Below, one piece after another: positions 29,320 through 43,051 of a stretch of 64,000 nucleotides of DNA. Position numbers and translations under genes: made by a program. The stretch's first letter is position 1; every line of letters begins with the position of its first letter. The stretch spans positions 1 to 64,000 of the forward strand of contig NW_021833246.1 in the NCBI RefSeq assembly GCF_006345805.1. The letters run 5' to 3'. The notes under the pieces were generated by a model, which worked only from the letters and a program-made list of their open reading frames with translations, was not told the origin of the DNA and ran no database searches. The stretch comes from Octopus sinensis. Lineage: Eukaryota.

Positions 29320-29457
29320 GGCGGCGTGCTGGCAGAACCGTTGGTATGAGTGGCGAAATTCTTAGTGGTATATCTTGTGTCTTGATTTTCTGAGTTCAAA
29401 CTCCGCCGAGGTCAACTTTGTCTTTTATCCTTTCGCAGTCGATAAATTAAATACCAA
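29320..29457 (+). mobile_element. SINE family A, 3'-truncated
   Basis: GGCGGCGTGCTGGCAGAA...GAGTTCAAACTCCGCCGAGGTC. Confidence 0.85.
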
Positions 29458-29783
29458 TTTATTTCAATTGAATTTAAACTTAATTGTAATTCGAATTTAA
29501 TTATAGCCATGAAACGTACGTAGCGTTTTTACTTATTATATTGTATTTATCATTCTTTTTATACTTAAAAAAATTTAATTAAAAATGTTATATTTTAAAT
29601 TCAATATATATATTATATTAATTATTTATATTATTTGTTATTTATGTATTGGTTTATGTTTATCACTGTTTGAGTTGCTTAATAATGGTTTTATCTCTAA
29701 TTCATATTTTATAGATATACATACATATATATATATATATATATGCGCGCACACACACACACATACATGCACACACACACATG

Positions 29784-29814
<31 letters not shown>

Positions 29815-29840
29815 ATATATATATATATGTATAGAGAGAG

Positions 29841-29874
<34 letters not shown>

Positions 29875-29878
<4 letters not shown>

Positions 29879-30330
29879 AAACAAGTCAAAAATAGAAAAT
29901 GCTAAAATAATTTTATAGTGAACATTTCAGTACCGGTTTCGGTCATTTTCAGACCTTTTCAACTGTAACGATTAAATAATTAAATTTAGAAAAATTAGAA
30001 GAAAAGTTTTTTTAAAAGAATATTTCTATAGTAGTGTTCAGATTTAAGTGGCATTCTGCCTTTCTCTGACTCTCTGTTTGCACTTGTGCAAAACAAGGGA
30101 GTCAGAGAAAGGCAGAATGCCACTTAAATCTGAACACTACTATAGAAATATTCTTTTAAAAAAACTTTCTTCTAATTTTTCTAAATTTAATTAATTTAAT
30201 CGTTACAGTTGAAAAGGTCTGAAAATGACCGAAACCGGTACTGAAATGTTCACTATAAAATTATTTTAGCATTTTCTATTTTTGACTTGTTTTTTCATAT
30301 ATATCAACTCGTGTGTTCCTTTTCACCCTT
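29875..30330 (+). mobile_element. Fold-back element in (TA)n: ~198-bp inverted arms, one-sided tail, hammerhead motif (putative Penelope-type inverted pLTR)
   Basis: Arms 29875-30072 and 30099-30296 are near-perfect reverse complements. The spacer also pairs (TTTGCAC-tt-GTGCAAA). Tail 30305-30330 ends TTTTCACCCTT. TA arrays lie on both sides. Confidence 0.8.
30203..30246 (+). ncRNA. Minimal type-I hammerhead ribozyme motif with U3-A8 core (mirror copy on the - strand at ~29925-29968)
   Basis: CAG-[TTGAAAA]-GGTC tgaaaat GACC-GAAA-CCGG-TA-CTG. Stem I is CAG/CTG, stem II is GGTC/GACC, stem III is the palindrome ACCGGT, and the predicted cleavage is after UA at 30240. Confidence 0.65.
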
Positions 30331-30373
30331 ATACATATATATATACTATATATATATATATATAGATATTATA

Positions 30374-30405
<32 letters not shown>

Positions 30406-30614
30406 CTTATATATATCTATATATATATGGATATGAATATACGTATGTGTAAGTTTGAATACGTATATATGAATCTATATCTGTTCATATCACCATGGCC
30501 TTTCCTTGCAGAAATTGCAAAACTTCTACACGAATTTAAATGTTACACGTAGCTTCATCTTCCCTAGAACTTGTCGTTTTGTATATTTCTTCCTATGCGT
30601 TGTGTTTGTATTAA

Positions 30615-30680
<66 letters not shown>

Positions 30681-31421
30681 CATTATTATTGTTGTTGTTG
30701 CTATTATCAGGGTTATTACTAGTTTAACAGTTACCGTTTTCTTTATTTTCCCTGTAGATACAAGTGCGCGTGTGTCTATATATATATATATGTGTGTGTG
30801 TGCGTGTGTGTGTGTGTGCGTGTGTGTGTGTGTGCGTGTGTGTGTGTTTGTTTGTGTGTGTGTATAAGTGTATATATATATATATAAAGAATATATGTAT
30901 ATATATATAATATGTATATTGCATATAGGTAAACACACATATGTGTGTGTGTGTGTTTGGGTGCTGAGTGTGTAAATTATATATGTGTTTGTGCGTATGC
31001 GTGTGTATGTTTGTGCATGTGTATATGTGTGTGTGTGTACGTGTGTACAATTACCTTTTTTCTGCTATTTTTTTTTTTTATGTTCTACCTTATATTGACT
31101 GATATTAATAGGTGCTTATTTTCCCTATGTATTAATATCATTGGAATTCTGTGAATGACACTGACATCGTGTCTTTAGATGCCATAGAAACTCGATGTCG
31201 CGGCATTATCTGCTTTACATGAAAGAAAGGTCATCGAAGAGGAAATAGCAAAGAGAGAGAGAGAGAGAGAAAGAAAGAGAGAGGTGGGAGAGAAAGAGAG
31301 ACAGAAAGATATAGCAGGATAGATATAGATATGGTTAAATATAGAGAGTGTGTGAGAGAGAGAAATACAGTAAACAAGACAAATGGAGAAGCTTGAGTGG
31401 TATATGTATATATAATATACA

Positions 31422-31457
<36 letters not shown>

Positions 31458-31651
31458 TAAATACATATATATATATATATATATATATTGATGTTGAGAA
31501 ATGTGGAAAAAATATATCAAAGACGATTGATATAGAAAGATATTGACACCTATGCGTACACACGTAAACGCACAAATGTACACATACATATGCATTCATA
31601 TACACTTAATTATATGTATAGGCGTGAATGCACGTATGTTAACATGAGCGC

Positions 31652-31692
<41 letters not shown>

Positions 31693-32034
31693 GAAAAGCA
31701 CATTCTGACTGCTAGCGAGAGTGAGGCTCAGTGATTGCATACATACTAACATATATATATATATATATATATATGTATATGTATACATAATACTTATACA
31801 CACACACGCACGCACACACACACACACACACTATATATATATATTATATATACATATTTTTTGTGTATACGTATGCATATGTTTATATGTGTGTGTGTAT
31901 ACAAGAGAGTCATAAGATTTCGCAGTAACAAATATATAACTGCTTAAAAATGGACATAAAAAATAAACGTAAGCAATGGACATATATATATATATATATA
32001 AAATATATATATATATAATATTATAATATATATA

Positions 32035-32111
<77 letters not shown>

Positions 32112-32164
32112 ATAAAGGTAAAATAAACGTAAAGCAATGGACATATATATAATATATTATATAT

Positions 32165-32209
<45 letters not shown>

Positions 32210-32385
32210 ATATATATATATATTAAATATATACTGTCTGTGCATGCGCGTGGTGCATGTGTGAGTATGCGTGTTTACGAACAGCGGAGATCTGATACGT
32301 TCGTTGGTTGCTCTGTAGAAGGCTATACACACATGAACACATATTTATGTTGAAACACCCATAATACAAATATACATATATAAAT

Positions 32386-32429
<44 letters not shown>

Positions 32430-32670
32430 TTCAAAGTGTTATACAGACAGATAGAGAAAAAAACTTAAAAACAGTGTTTGATAAATAAGGATTGGAATTC
32501 ATAACAGGGTCATATAACCTTCCTCTTTCGTTTATTTTTATCAAACATATATCTGGGGTGGAAATCGTCTAAAACCGGAAGAGCAATTTCTAACCTCGTA
32601 TTTACATCCGCATTGCTATGATATGTGAAAAATTGTTTAAAAAAATTGTAAATCAGTTCCATCGTTTCTC

Positions 32671-32712
<42 letters not shown>

Positions 32713-33112
32713 CCAGTCTCTTTCTCTTCCCTTTTACCCTCTCGTTTTCTCTCTTTACATCTCTATTTCTTTCACTTTCTCTTGTTGAATCATTCTCTTT
32801 CTCTTTTATATTTTCTAACTTATTTAGAAAAAGTCCCCCCCCCTTGATTTTATCGCTTTCTCCTTTTTCTTATTCATCCATGTAACACTTTTTGTCTTTC
32901 TTTTTGCTGTTGTTGTCAATCTCAACCCTTGACCCTCGCTCTTGCATCACCGATCTCCCTCTCATACATTCAAACGCTATCTTTAAGACAATCAGACTCT
33001 CTCTCTATCTTATCATACATACTCTCCCTCACCACCCGCAAACACTTAATACATCTCTCTTTCTCTCTCTTAACTTCTGTCAATTACAAACATACACATA
33101 CACACACACACA

Positions 33113-33155
<43 letters not shown>

Positions 33156-33329
33156 ATATTACTTTGATCCCACCATTTCCTGGCCTATCTGAATTTATCA
33201 TCCACTATCACTGCATCTCTTTCTGTTGTGCTCACGTGCAGCAAACACTCATGATCACTCCCATTCACTTTCTGCCTATCTATCTTTCTCCCTCTGTCTC
33301 TAACTACGTTTTCCGTACACACATAAAAA

Positions 33330-33785
33330 CATACACGCATACACACATACAAATACATACATACATACATACATACATACATACATACATACATACACAC
33401 ATACATACATACAAATACATACATACATAATACAAATACATACACACATACATACACACATACATACATACATACATACATACATACAAATACATACATA
33501 CGCACATACATACATACAAATACATACACACATACAAATACATACATAATACAAATACATACATATATACACACATACATACATACAAATACATACATAC
33601 AAACATACATACAAATACATACATACAAACATACATACAAATACATACATACAAATACATACATACAAATACATACATACAAATACATACATGCACACAT
33701 ACACACATACACACATACATACATACATAATACAAATACATACATACACACATACAAATACATACATGCATACATACATGCATCC
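33330..33785. repeat. Compound (TACA)n / TACAAATACATA minisatellite
   Basis: Read directly from the sequence. Confidence 0.95.
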
Positions 33786-33842
33786 TTGCATCTCTCACAA
33801 ACTAACTAATCAAATGTCTTCCTTACATTCAAACAACCATAC

Positions 33843-33884
33843 CTTAACATATTTTGTATCAAACTTGTATACACCATCCGCCAT
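33843..33884 (-). CDS. Candidate first coding exon of an unidentified host gene (MADGVYKFDTKYVK)
   Basis: GTC-ATG-G Kozak-like context, in-frame TAG 15 nt upstream, and a donor AAG|GTATGG at phase 0 in non-repetitive sequence. I recognise no homology. Confidence 0.3.
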
Positions 33885-34413
33885 GACACCCAGGATTTTC
33901 TAATGGATCGTCGGAATCAGATTATCGAAACACCCAACACCCAACACCAAAACACCCCACCCAACTCTCAACCCACAACTCTGAACACCCAAATCCCAAC
34001 TCCTGGTCCCCGTAGCCTCGTACCGACGTAATAAATCTAAAATGCCTATAAGGAACACGTGACTGGTGAAAACTGGGTTAGGATGGGAAGACGTGTCAAG
34101 ATAAATAACCAACACAAGCAGAATCATATTGATTTAGTATGGCTGTGGTTCTTGTTGGCGTATATAGGATGGTACAAGTCTTGGTGGTGTTAGTGTTAAT
34201 AGTAGCACTAATATATATTGTATGTGTTGGTACGTATTAGTTAAGCATCCCTGCCGTATTGATGTTGTTATGGAAGTTGCCTTTTGGAAATGGTGTTAGT
34301 TCTTCTCGTTGTTTTTTCATTTGTTTTATCTCATTTTGCAAAAAAACCAATAACAACAAACATACAAGACAAAAGCAACAGAACAGACATCAACATAATA
34401 ATAATAATAATAT

Positions 34414-34447
<34 letters not shown>

Positions 34448-34470
34448 TAATATAATAAATAATAATAATG

Positions 34471-34517
<47 letters not shown>

Positions 34518-34569
34518 TTTAATAATAATAATAATAAGAAGAAGGGGAATGATAAGAATATTAATATTT

Positions 34570-34883
34570 TTGTTGTAGGCTTGAAGTTTGGAGGGCACGA
34601 GGTAACTTGATTTCATTCACCAAGAGATAGTTATTTTATCGACCCCCGAAAAGATGGACGGCAAAATCGACCTCGGTGGAGTTGGAACTCGGAATGTGAA
34701 AAACCGGATGAAATACCGCTAAACATATTAACCGGCGTGCTGACGATTAAGCGAACTTGCCGCCTTAATAATGATGATGATGATTATGATGATGATGATA
34801 ATGGTGATAGTGCTGGTGGTACTAATACTACTGCTACTACTACAAATAAAAATAATAATAATAACACTAATAATAATAACAAC

Positions 34884-34941
<58 letters not shown>

Positions 34942-35178
34942 TAATTTTCTTTTCTACTCTAGGCAAAAGGCTCGAAATTTTGGGAGGGAGAAGGACCCAG
35001 TCGATTACATCGACCGCAGTACGCAACTGATACGTAATTTATCGACTCTGATAGGATGAAAGGCACAGTCGATCTCGGCGGAATTTGAACTCAGAACGTG
35101 AGGACAGACGAAATACCGCTAACCATTTTTACCCGCCGTGCTAACAATTCTGCAAGCTCACGGCCTCATATAATAATG

Positions 35179-35238
<60 letters not shown>

Positions 35239-35272
35239 TAATAATAATAATTATTATTATTATTTAAAAAAA

Positions 35273-35317
<45 letters not shown>

Positions 35318-35452
35318 TTTCTACTAAATGCACAATGTCATCAATTTGTAAAGAGGGGACTAGTCGAGGACATCGACCCCCAGTGTTTCACTAGTACTGG
35401 TATGGACCCCGAAAAGATTTAAGGCAAACTCGACCTCAGCAAGTAGTAGTAG

Positions 35453-35494
<42 letters not shown>

Positions 35495-35700
35495 CAATAG
35501 TAGTATTGGTAGTAGAAGAGAAGGTCGTTCAGGAGTGACAGTGGCAGATGTTTCTACTTAAGGTATTAGGCAGAAACGTTTGGTGAGCGGAGCTAGTGGA
35601 TTGCATCGACCCTCAGCATGCAAAATCAAAGATGAAAGTCGATTCAGCGGAATTTGAACTCAGAATGTAGGCCTGGCAGGAATGCAGCTAAGCATTAATA
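34570..35700 (-). mobile_element. Cluster of four same-orientation SINE family A copies or fragments (~34570-34764, 34945-35165, 35315-35420, 35555-35695) separated by TAA/TAG microsatellites
   Basis: Repeated CGACCCC...AAAGGCAAAGTCGACCTCGGCGGAATTTGAACTC motifs. Confidence 0.85.
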
Positions 35701-36275
35701 GTAATCTTGACATTGGTGTTGATGACGAAGATACTAATATTAATAATAAAATCGATGTTGATAATGCATTCCTACTGAGGCAAGGCAAATGTCTTCAAGT
35801 ATTTTCTGCTAAAAGAAATATTTATAGATGGCTTTTAGATATGTGTAGTAAACGAAAACTCATGTATGGATATATGTGTATGTCCGTAAGAAGATTGTAT
35901 GTATGCAGATAGGTGCTTATGTATGAATGTGTGCGTGGATGCACCTATGTATGAATATACAAATATATATACACACACACACACACACATATAATATATA
36001 TATATATATATACATATGTATATATATACATATATATATATATATACACATATTATATATGTGTATATATTTATATATATAACACTCATATATATATACA
36101 TTATACATACATTAATATATATATATACAAATATATATATGTACATATACATATATATATATATTATATATATATATATTATAAGTATATTTTTATATAT
36201 AAAAACATATATACACAAATACGCCTATACGCATATATATGCATGTACATATATAATCATACACATATATAATCA

Positions 36276-36323
<48 letters not shown>

Positions 36324-36390
36324 TAATATATAATATATATATATATATTATTATATCTATATTGTATATATATATATATATGTATATGTA

Positions 36391-36431
<41 letters not shown>

Positions 36432-36976
36432 CATAATACATACACGAATGATATATATGCCGTTATATTTTTCATTGTTCTTACCGATTTCCATATTCAC
36501 CATTCTTACTGTTTCCAAAGATAAAATATTCGTTATTCAACAATTCTTTTTATATCAATCACCATGGTGATTTTAGTGACTGAAATGGCCATTTCATTCT
36601 GTTACATACACATAAGTATCAACATATAACCCCACATAGAAATCCGAATGATGAGCTCGAACGCACATATGCATACATGCATATATATTTTTGTGCGTAG
36701 ACACACTTACTCACACAGAAGCATACACACGCGCACACATCCCCATGCATATCTATATTATATATATATATATATATATAATATATATATACATATATGT
36801 GTGTGTGTGTATGTGTGTGTGAGTGTGTATCGCTGTGTATTTGCGTGTGTGTTCGTGTGCGTTTATTTGCGTGCGTGAGGTCGTATGTGCGTTTGTAAGT
36901 GCGTTAGCATATCGCAAATACAACCTCGTACACAGTATGCACTTAGGGAGACACAAAGGGAATTATATGGACAATC

Positions 36977-37013
<37 letters not shown>

Positions 37014-37260
37014 TTCAGACAACAATTGTAATTAGGTTTATGTTTATATAATATGTATGCATATATATATAAATGTATATCTATCGATCTATATTTATAC
37101 GTATGTATATATGTGTGTGTGTATGTATGTATCTATCTATCTAGTCTACCTGGGCCTATCCAGTTATATATATACATATATATATATATATATACATACA
37201 TATATATATATATATATACATACATACATACATACACACATACACAAATATATATATATA

Positions 37261-37656
37261 GGCATAGATGTGCCTGCGTGGTAAAAAGCTTGCTTCCCCA
37301 ACACATGGTTCCGGGTTTCGTACCCCTGCGTGGCAACTTGGACAAGTGTCTCCCATAGATTCGGGCCCACAGAAACCTTATTGAGTGGTCCGTGTAGACG
37401 GAAACTAAAGGAAACTTTTCACATGTGTATATATGTATGTGCATGTGTGTATGTATATATCTATATATGTCTTTGTGTCTTTTGTTTGACAACCCCCCCC
37501 CCACCGTTCCCGTATCGTAGCATCTGAGGCCGATAGAATAAGTAAGTGGCTTTGAAAGTAACTCTTGGTGTCGATTTGTTCGTCTGAAACCCTTTGTGGT
37601 TGTACAGCAGCAAGGTTGCAGTCAAAGGACTGAGATAAGTAAAGGAATAAAAGAAC
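37261..37656 (+). mobile_element. SINE family D
   Basis: Head, internal microsatellite and 3' module, as in 20465-20882. Confidence 0.85.
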
Positions 37657-39424
37657 ATGTGTGTGTGTATGTGTGTGTGTGTTTGTTCGCGCGTGTGCGT
37701 GTACAGAGAGAGGGGCAGACAAGCTGACAGAGAAAGACAGAGAGAGAGATTTGGCTAAACAATTGCATACATAGTGTAGACATCACGCACAGGGTAGACA
37801 TTTATATTTTGATAAACTTCAACGACTTCTTTTTCTAACATACTCACACACTTACATAGGCACACCATACCGCACATAAAAACATATATAAGGAAATTTA
37901 ATCCGTATTTGAGAGATGAAAATTTGAATATCCAATGGATTCAGTATAAATAACTTAATTTCATTTACACACCAAGTCAAAAAATACATAATTTAGTGCG
38001 TTTAGCTCGCCTCAGACATCCCTGAATCGTACTTAAAATGATGGATTGGGTTTCCTCAATTCACCATTTTCATTAAGGGAATGGTGTCCGCAACAGTTAC
38101 TGAAGTATGTTCTTTTAACGTTTTGGGTTTAACAAGGACAATAGTGCAAAAAGAATGTAGCGCGTTTTGAAGTCATAATTATAAGACCTGTTACCCCGTT
38201 TTTTTTTGGCGTAAGGCACCATTTCCTCGCAGAGTTAATAATTTTAGCCACCTGATAAAAGTGAAGCGTTTCGCTCACGATCAGGACCCGAAACCTTAAT
38301 CTTACGATATTCGGCTTAAAAACTCTGCAATCTACTATGTGTGGTACTACGGACAACATATATCTATGTACAAGGTTCTCTGATTTATGTGGAATACACA
38401 GATTTATGCACACATATAGAGAAATAAGTGTACTAATAGGTATTTTGAGTGGCAATCAACATTCAAATCATTTTCCCAGGAAAACGCACTTATTTATTCT
38501 GAATAATTTAAAGTACCAATTAACGATTCACTCATTTCAATTATGGTAGTATTACAATAGGATTTAAATTATTTCAATGCCCGAATTTTGCACACATGCC
38601 ACAAATTTTTGTCAAACTTATATAAAGTATATTCTCCTAATTTTAACGCGTTGACAGAAAACTATAGGGATATATACATGTGTGTCGTTAGTCAGCTGGA
38701 AGAGATGTCTTCCTGGGGCTATAAACGTCACTAGCACTGTCCCATATAGAACGACACACTTGGTTGGTAATTATATGTTGCAAATCCGTATTGCTACTGT
38801 TTACATCTCGCTCAGAGATTTAATATAGCCTGTAGTAATATAGTATTTCACAATCCTCGTCAACATCACTTGTCTGGTAGTCTCTCAACTTCTTTCTCTC
38901 TACCTATTTGTCTGGTAGTCTCTCAACTTCGCAGTCAGACATACGATGTAGAATTCTCTTGACGATTTTAAAGTTCAACTAATCTTAATGAAGACATCAT
39001 CCTACTTTAGTTATCTGTTTTTAAGTTTTCCTTTTCTTTTATCAATTTTGTATTTTCCGACACTTTCCCTTTCATTATGAATTATTTTTCACTCTCCAAC
39101 CTCATCTCATGCCTCCGATCTTTTTGATCTACATGCGCATAACACCCACTGTTCTGTAACATATTATTTTTATATACGCTAAAGGCAATAAATTTAATAC
39201 ACACTTGCATACACTTATGTACGAGCATATATGCATATATATATATATAGATATATATATATATGTATGATATATATATAGATATGGTCGGGGTATTAGT
39301 ATGTTTCTGTATGTGACATGTGTACATACAATACATACATATATATACAATATATACTACATATATACATATATATGTATGTATATATAAATATAATAAA
39401 ATATATATATAATTATATACATAC

Positions 39425-39470
<46 letters not shown>

Positions 39471-39959
39471 CACTGTATCGCTGCGAGATGAAGCATGAAG
39501 CGAGTGAATCAAATTTGTCCTCATGTGGCTTCAGTTACGATTCCCAGTTTCACCGCTCTATTTCATTCTCACACGTTCCATTCGCATTTCTTTGAATTAG
39601 TATACTTTCACGTATGCATTATACACGTATGTGTATGTGAGTGTGTGTGTGCATGAGAGAGGGGGAGGGAGAGAGAGTATGTGTGGTGTGCATGTATATG
39701 TGTATATGTATGATTGTGTGTATATATGTATGTAGCGATAAATATTATTCATTCAACAAAAGTCAAAGCGAAAATTCGTTTCAAGGCAACACGTATAACT
39801 TTAGGACTGACAAATCGTTTTATATGTTTAAGCAGTATTTTATCACATAATCCCTTTTCAATATAACGGTTGCTTACTACAATGAAGCGCGAAACGCAGT
39901 GGTTTTATGGAGAAGATTAATTGCATATAATGATAATAATATTAATTATCAGACAAGAG

Positions 39960-40610
39960 AAAAAATATGATATATTTGTTTTAATGCTCTATTCAATCTT
40001 AATGTGTGTACAACTATCGTTAAACAGCTCTTCAACTTATTAGATAAATACTTTTCACAACATCGTAGATATGAGATACTTAATAGAATTAATGTTAAAC
40101 TAAATTTCAGTTGCACACCTAATTTCTTTACAGAAATAGTAAATATTTATAGCAAAATCTTTAATAGCTATCTACATCCAATTCTTCCTGTTTGTGCTAT
40201 TATTTTAACCCGTAAATTGTCCATTAAATAATTAATGTCTTTCGAAATCGATAGTTTATTGTGCGAAAGTATTTACAGATAATGATTCAGTTTGTAAGGA
40301 TTGTATTGGGTTGACGAAATATCCTTTTAAGTAAAGATATAATCAACATAAATATATTTTTAGATATCCTGAAAGATTTGTTGATACGTGTTTATCGAAT
40401 TATATCTGGTAATTAAAACAAAACAATATCAGAAACTATAAAAGTCATTTGGAAGATATTAGAGCCTGCCAAACTTTATAATCACTTTAAAGATAATTGT
40501 GTTCTTTGTATTTCGAAAAAAACAAAAAAAGAACATTTGGTTCTGCAGTGATTGTATGTGAAACACCCTTTAAGAGCTATTATTTTTTTGTCACCAGAAA
40601 CGAAAATTTC
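39960..40610 (+). pseudogene. Decayed Penelope-like (Neptune) thumb/linker plus GIY-YIG endonuclease region
   Basis: With stops and frameshifts it reads FN..FNLNVCTTIVKQLFNLLDKYF...ILNRINVKLNFSCTPN...CPLNN*CLSKSIVYCAKV...CIGLTKYPFK*RYNQH...LSNYIW*LK...WKIL...CVLC. Confidence 0.85.
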
Positions 40611-41879
40611 TGCTGAAATATGTTACAGTGCCTAACATATGAACGCTATACAAACTTCTGCCATATATCAAATGCTTCTAACACACCAAGTACCGTTTTC
40701 GTTTAGCAGCTTGTGTGTCTTAAATTTAAATTATTATTAATTGAAATTTATGTCAAATACTTGACATTATGCAGTAAGTACGCTATCTGAGACATTTGTT
40801 CCATACTTTTGTTTTTCCAAATACCTCACGTTTCTTTTTCAATATTGCTACAAAATTATTGAACTATTCGATTATTATAAAAAACAAAATAGAAGTTAGT
40901 CACAAATAATTAATTTTCTGCTTAAAATATACAACACTAAACGTGTTTACAGAGGCGAGCGGCAGTAAGTATTGGTGCCTCTTTGGCTTTTATTTACAGC
41001 TAGATTATGTAGAGCATTGTAAATAGAATTTTATGTAGAAACATGAATTTTATATTAATTGCATTAAATGAAATTTTAAATTGTTTTCATATTTTCTTAG
41101 AGCGCAACTGACATACCTGAATTGTTACAGTAAGTGAATCAAATTTTGGGGAAATTCTTTAAAACAGGGATGAAGATGATTGCAATGAATACTGTGTACG
41201 ATATCTCAGTTTCATTTTGTTGTTTTTTATCAGGAGACATTCCTTATATCGTTAATTGGTTTCCAAACCTGGAAGGAAGACGTTCCACGTGTATTCAAAC
41301 CAGACACTTCGCTCAAATAGTTACAACAGAGTTAGTTTCACTTGAGACATTTAAGGTCAGTCGATGGCATTATACATTGCAGTGAATTAGATAATATTTG
41401 CTTTTGAACAAACTGTCTGCTATAATAAAAAAATAAATGACTGATACAGTAATGCCATCTTATATACGCTTTGTCTGAAAACCTGCTGTGATTGACACTA
41501 TCTACTCATAAAATATTACACAATATTAAGTGGATGTGTTGAATATTTCAACATTTATTCTTCTCTTCCTTGAAGGAACAAGGAGAACTTTAGAGCTGAT
41601 ACGGAGTTGACATCTTTCTGATTTGATTTCAAATCTGGGCAAAAACGAATTGCTCATTTAATCACTCTCAAGGAATTCAATTAAAATACCAATGAAGTAT
41701 TCGATCCGAGTTAATCGATTCCGCTCTATCGGAAAATATATATCTCATTTCAGTTGATTTCGAATTTCCTAGATTGTCAGAGAATAATTTGTTACAGTTT
41801 GAAATCGATAGTTTTAGCTACGTTAGTCCGGTGAATTTAGAAACAGAAATCACCAACTTATATACCTGCAACATTTTTT

Positions 41880-42181
41880 TGTTTATTTGTTCCTTCTCGA
41901 GCAATGCCTGGCTCATAAGGGCCGGTTTCCCGTTTTTTTTGGCGTATAGGTTCCCCACCTGGATGGGACGCCGGTCCATCGCAGGTGAGCTGCAAGATGC
42001 AGGAGGAAAGACTGAGAGAAAGTTGTGGCGAAAGAGTCAGCAGAAGTTCGCTATTATCTTCTGCCGGAGCCGTGTGCAGCTTAGGTGTTTCGCTCATAAA
42101 CACACACACCGTCCGGTCTGAGATTCGAACCCGCGATCCCTCGACCGCGAGTTCGCTGCTCTAACCACTAGGCCATGTGCC
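41880..42181 (-). mobile_element. tRNA-derived SINE, family B (full length)
   Basis: TGGCCTAGTGG A box, GGTTCGAATCT B box, tail CCTGCGATGGACCGGCGTCCCATCCAGG...GAAACCGGCCCTTATGAG. Confidence 0.85.
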
Positions 42182-42410
42182 ACCACAACCTGCAACATTT
42201 AGCTACATATGTTGGAGTTCTCATTACGATAACATGCCAAAATATGTCTTGCCATTCATCTTAGCGCATCCCACCGGAGAAAATAATTGTCGGAATTTTG
42301 TCTGTCTTAGGAATATATATTGTTCTTTCTCTCGATATCTGTTTTTACATCTGTCTGTGAATATATAACATACAAGAACATAGAATACTTGATTAAAACA
42401 TTGCACTAAA

Positions 42411-42785
42411 TCTCTCTCTATATAAACGGCAGTTTGTCTGTGCGTGTTTCTGTGTGTCTGTTTTCTCGTACCCTCACTCTGACCACGGCTTTCAACCGAT
42501 TCTGATGAAACTTGACACCACATAGCCCAATGTCATAATTCAAAACTAACGCAGCGAAATTTTGAAAAGTTCCCCCAGTTCTGAAAAGATCGATAAATTC
42601 GACATGGGGTCGAGAATCTGAAACCCAAACCACAGACCGTCTAGGGGACGCAACTCCACCTTTTTATCCCTCAAAAAAATTTACCATCATTTTTTTTCCT
42701 TTTTTTGCTATTTTTTGCTATAACTCTCTAAAAATCTTTATAGTTATTTCCCTTACAAACCCGAGCACCCGGGCGATACTGCTAG
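42411..42785 (+). mobile_element. Non-autonomous Helitron
   Basis: A|TCTCTCTCTATATAAA 5' end, subterminal GC hairpin CCCGAGCACCCGGG, 3' CTAG|T. It sits between A and T with no TSD. Confidence 0.8.
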
Positions 42786-43051
42786 TATATTATAAGCGCA
42801 CTTTAGATCATGTGTGTGTGCGCGCGCTAATATACAGAAGTACGTTTATAAGTAATTTCTCAGGGTACATGTTTGCGTGAGTATGTGATTTGTATTGCTT
42901 CGCATTTAATATATATATATATCATAGGCGCAATATAAATTCAAATCTCATTTAAAATTCATTTGATTCGGCATTTCAAACTTGTACGTATGCATACGTA
43001 CATACATACATACAAACATACATACATGCATCCATACATAATACAGACATA

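Noticed and set aside
29875-30296. Interpreting the long inverted repeats as MITEs or sequencing fold-back artefacts
   Set aside because: There are no shared TIRs, the arms carry mismatches and indels, and each has a one-sided tail, three with a shared end motif. A read-level check is still advisable.
32476-32548. Short inverted repeat TGTTTGATAAATAA / TTATTTTTATCAAACA
   Set aside because: It is too short and AT-rich, and does not abut a TA array.
33900-34127. ORF with FLIGILDLLRRY, resembling a PIP-kinase C-terminal motif
   Set aside because: The match is short and isolated in low-complexity context, so it is likely chance.
42110-42181. tRNA-like sequences (also 56565-56635, 26400-26470)
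   Set aside because: These are SINE heads with A/B boxes but no proper acceptor stem, continuing into SINE bodies.
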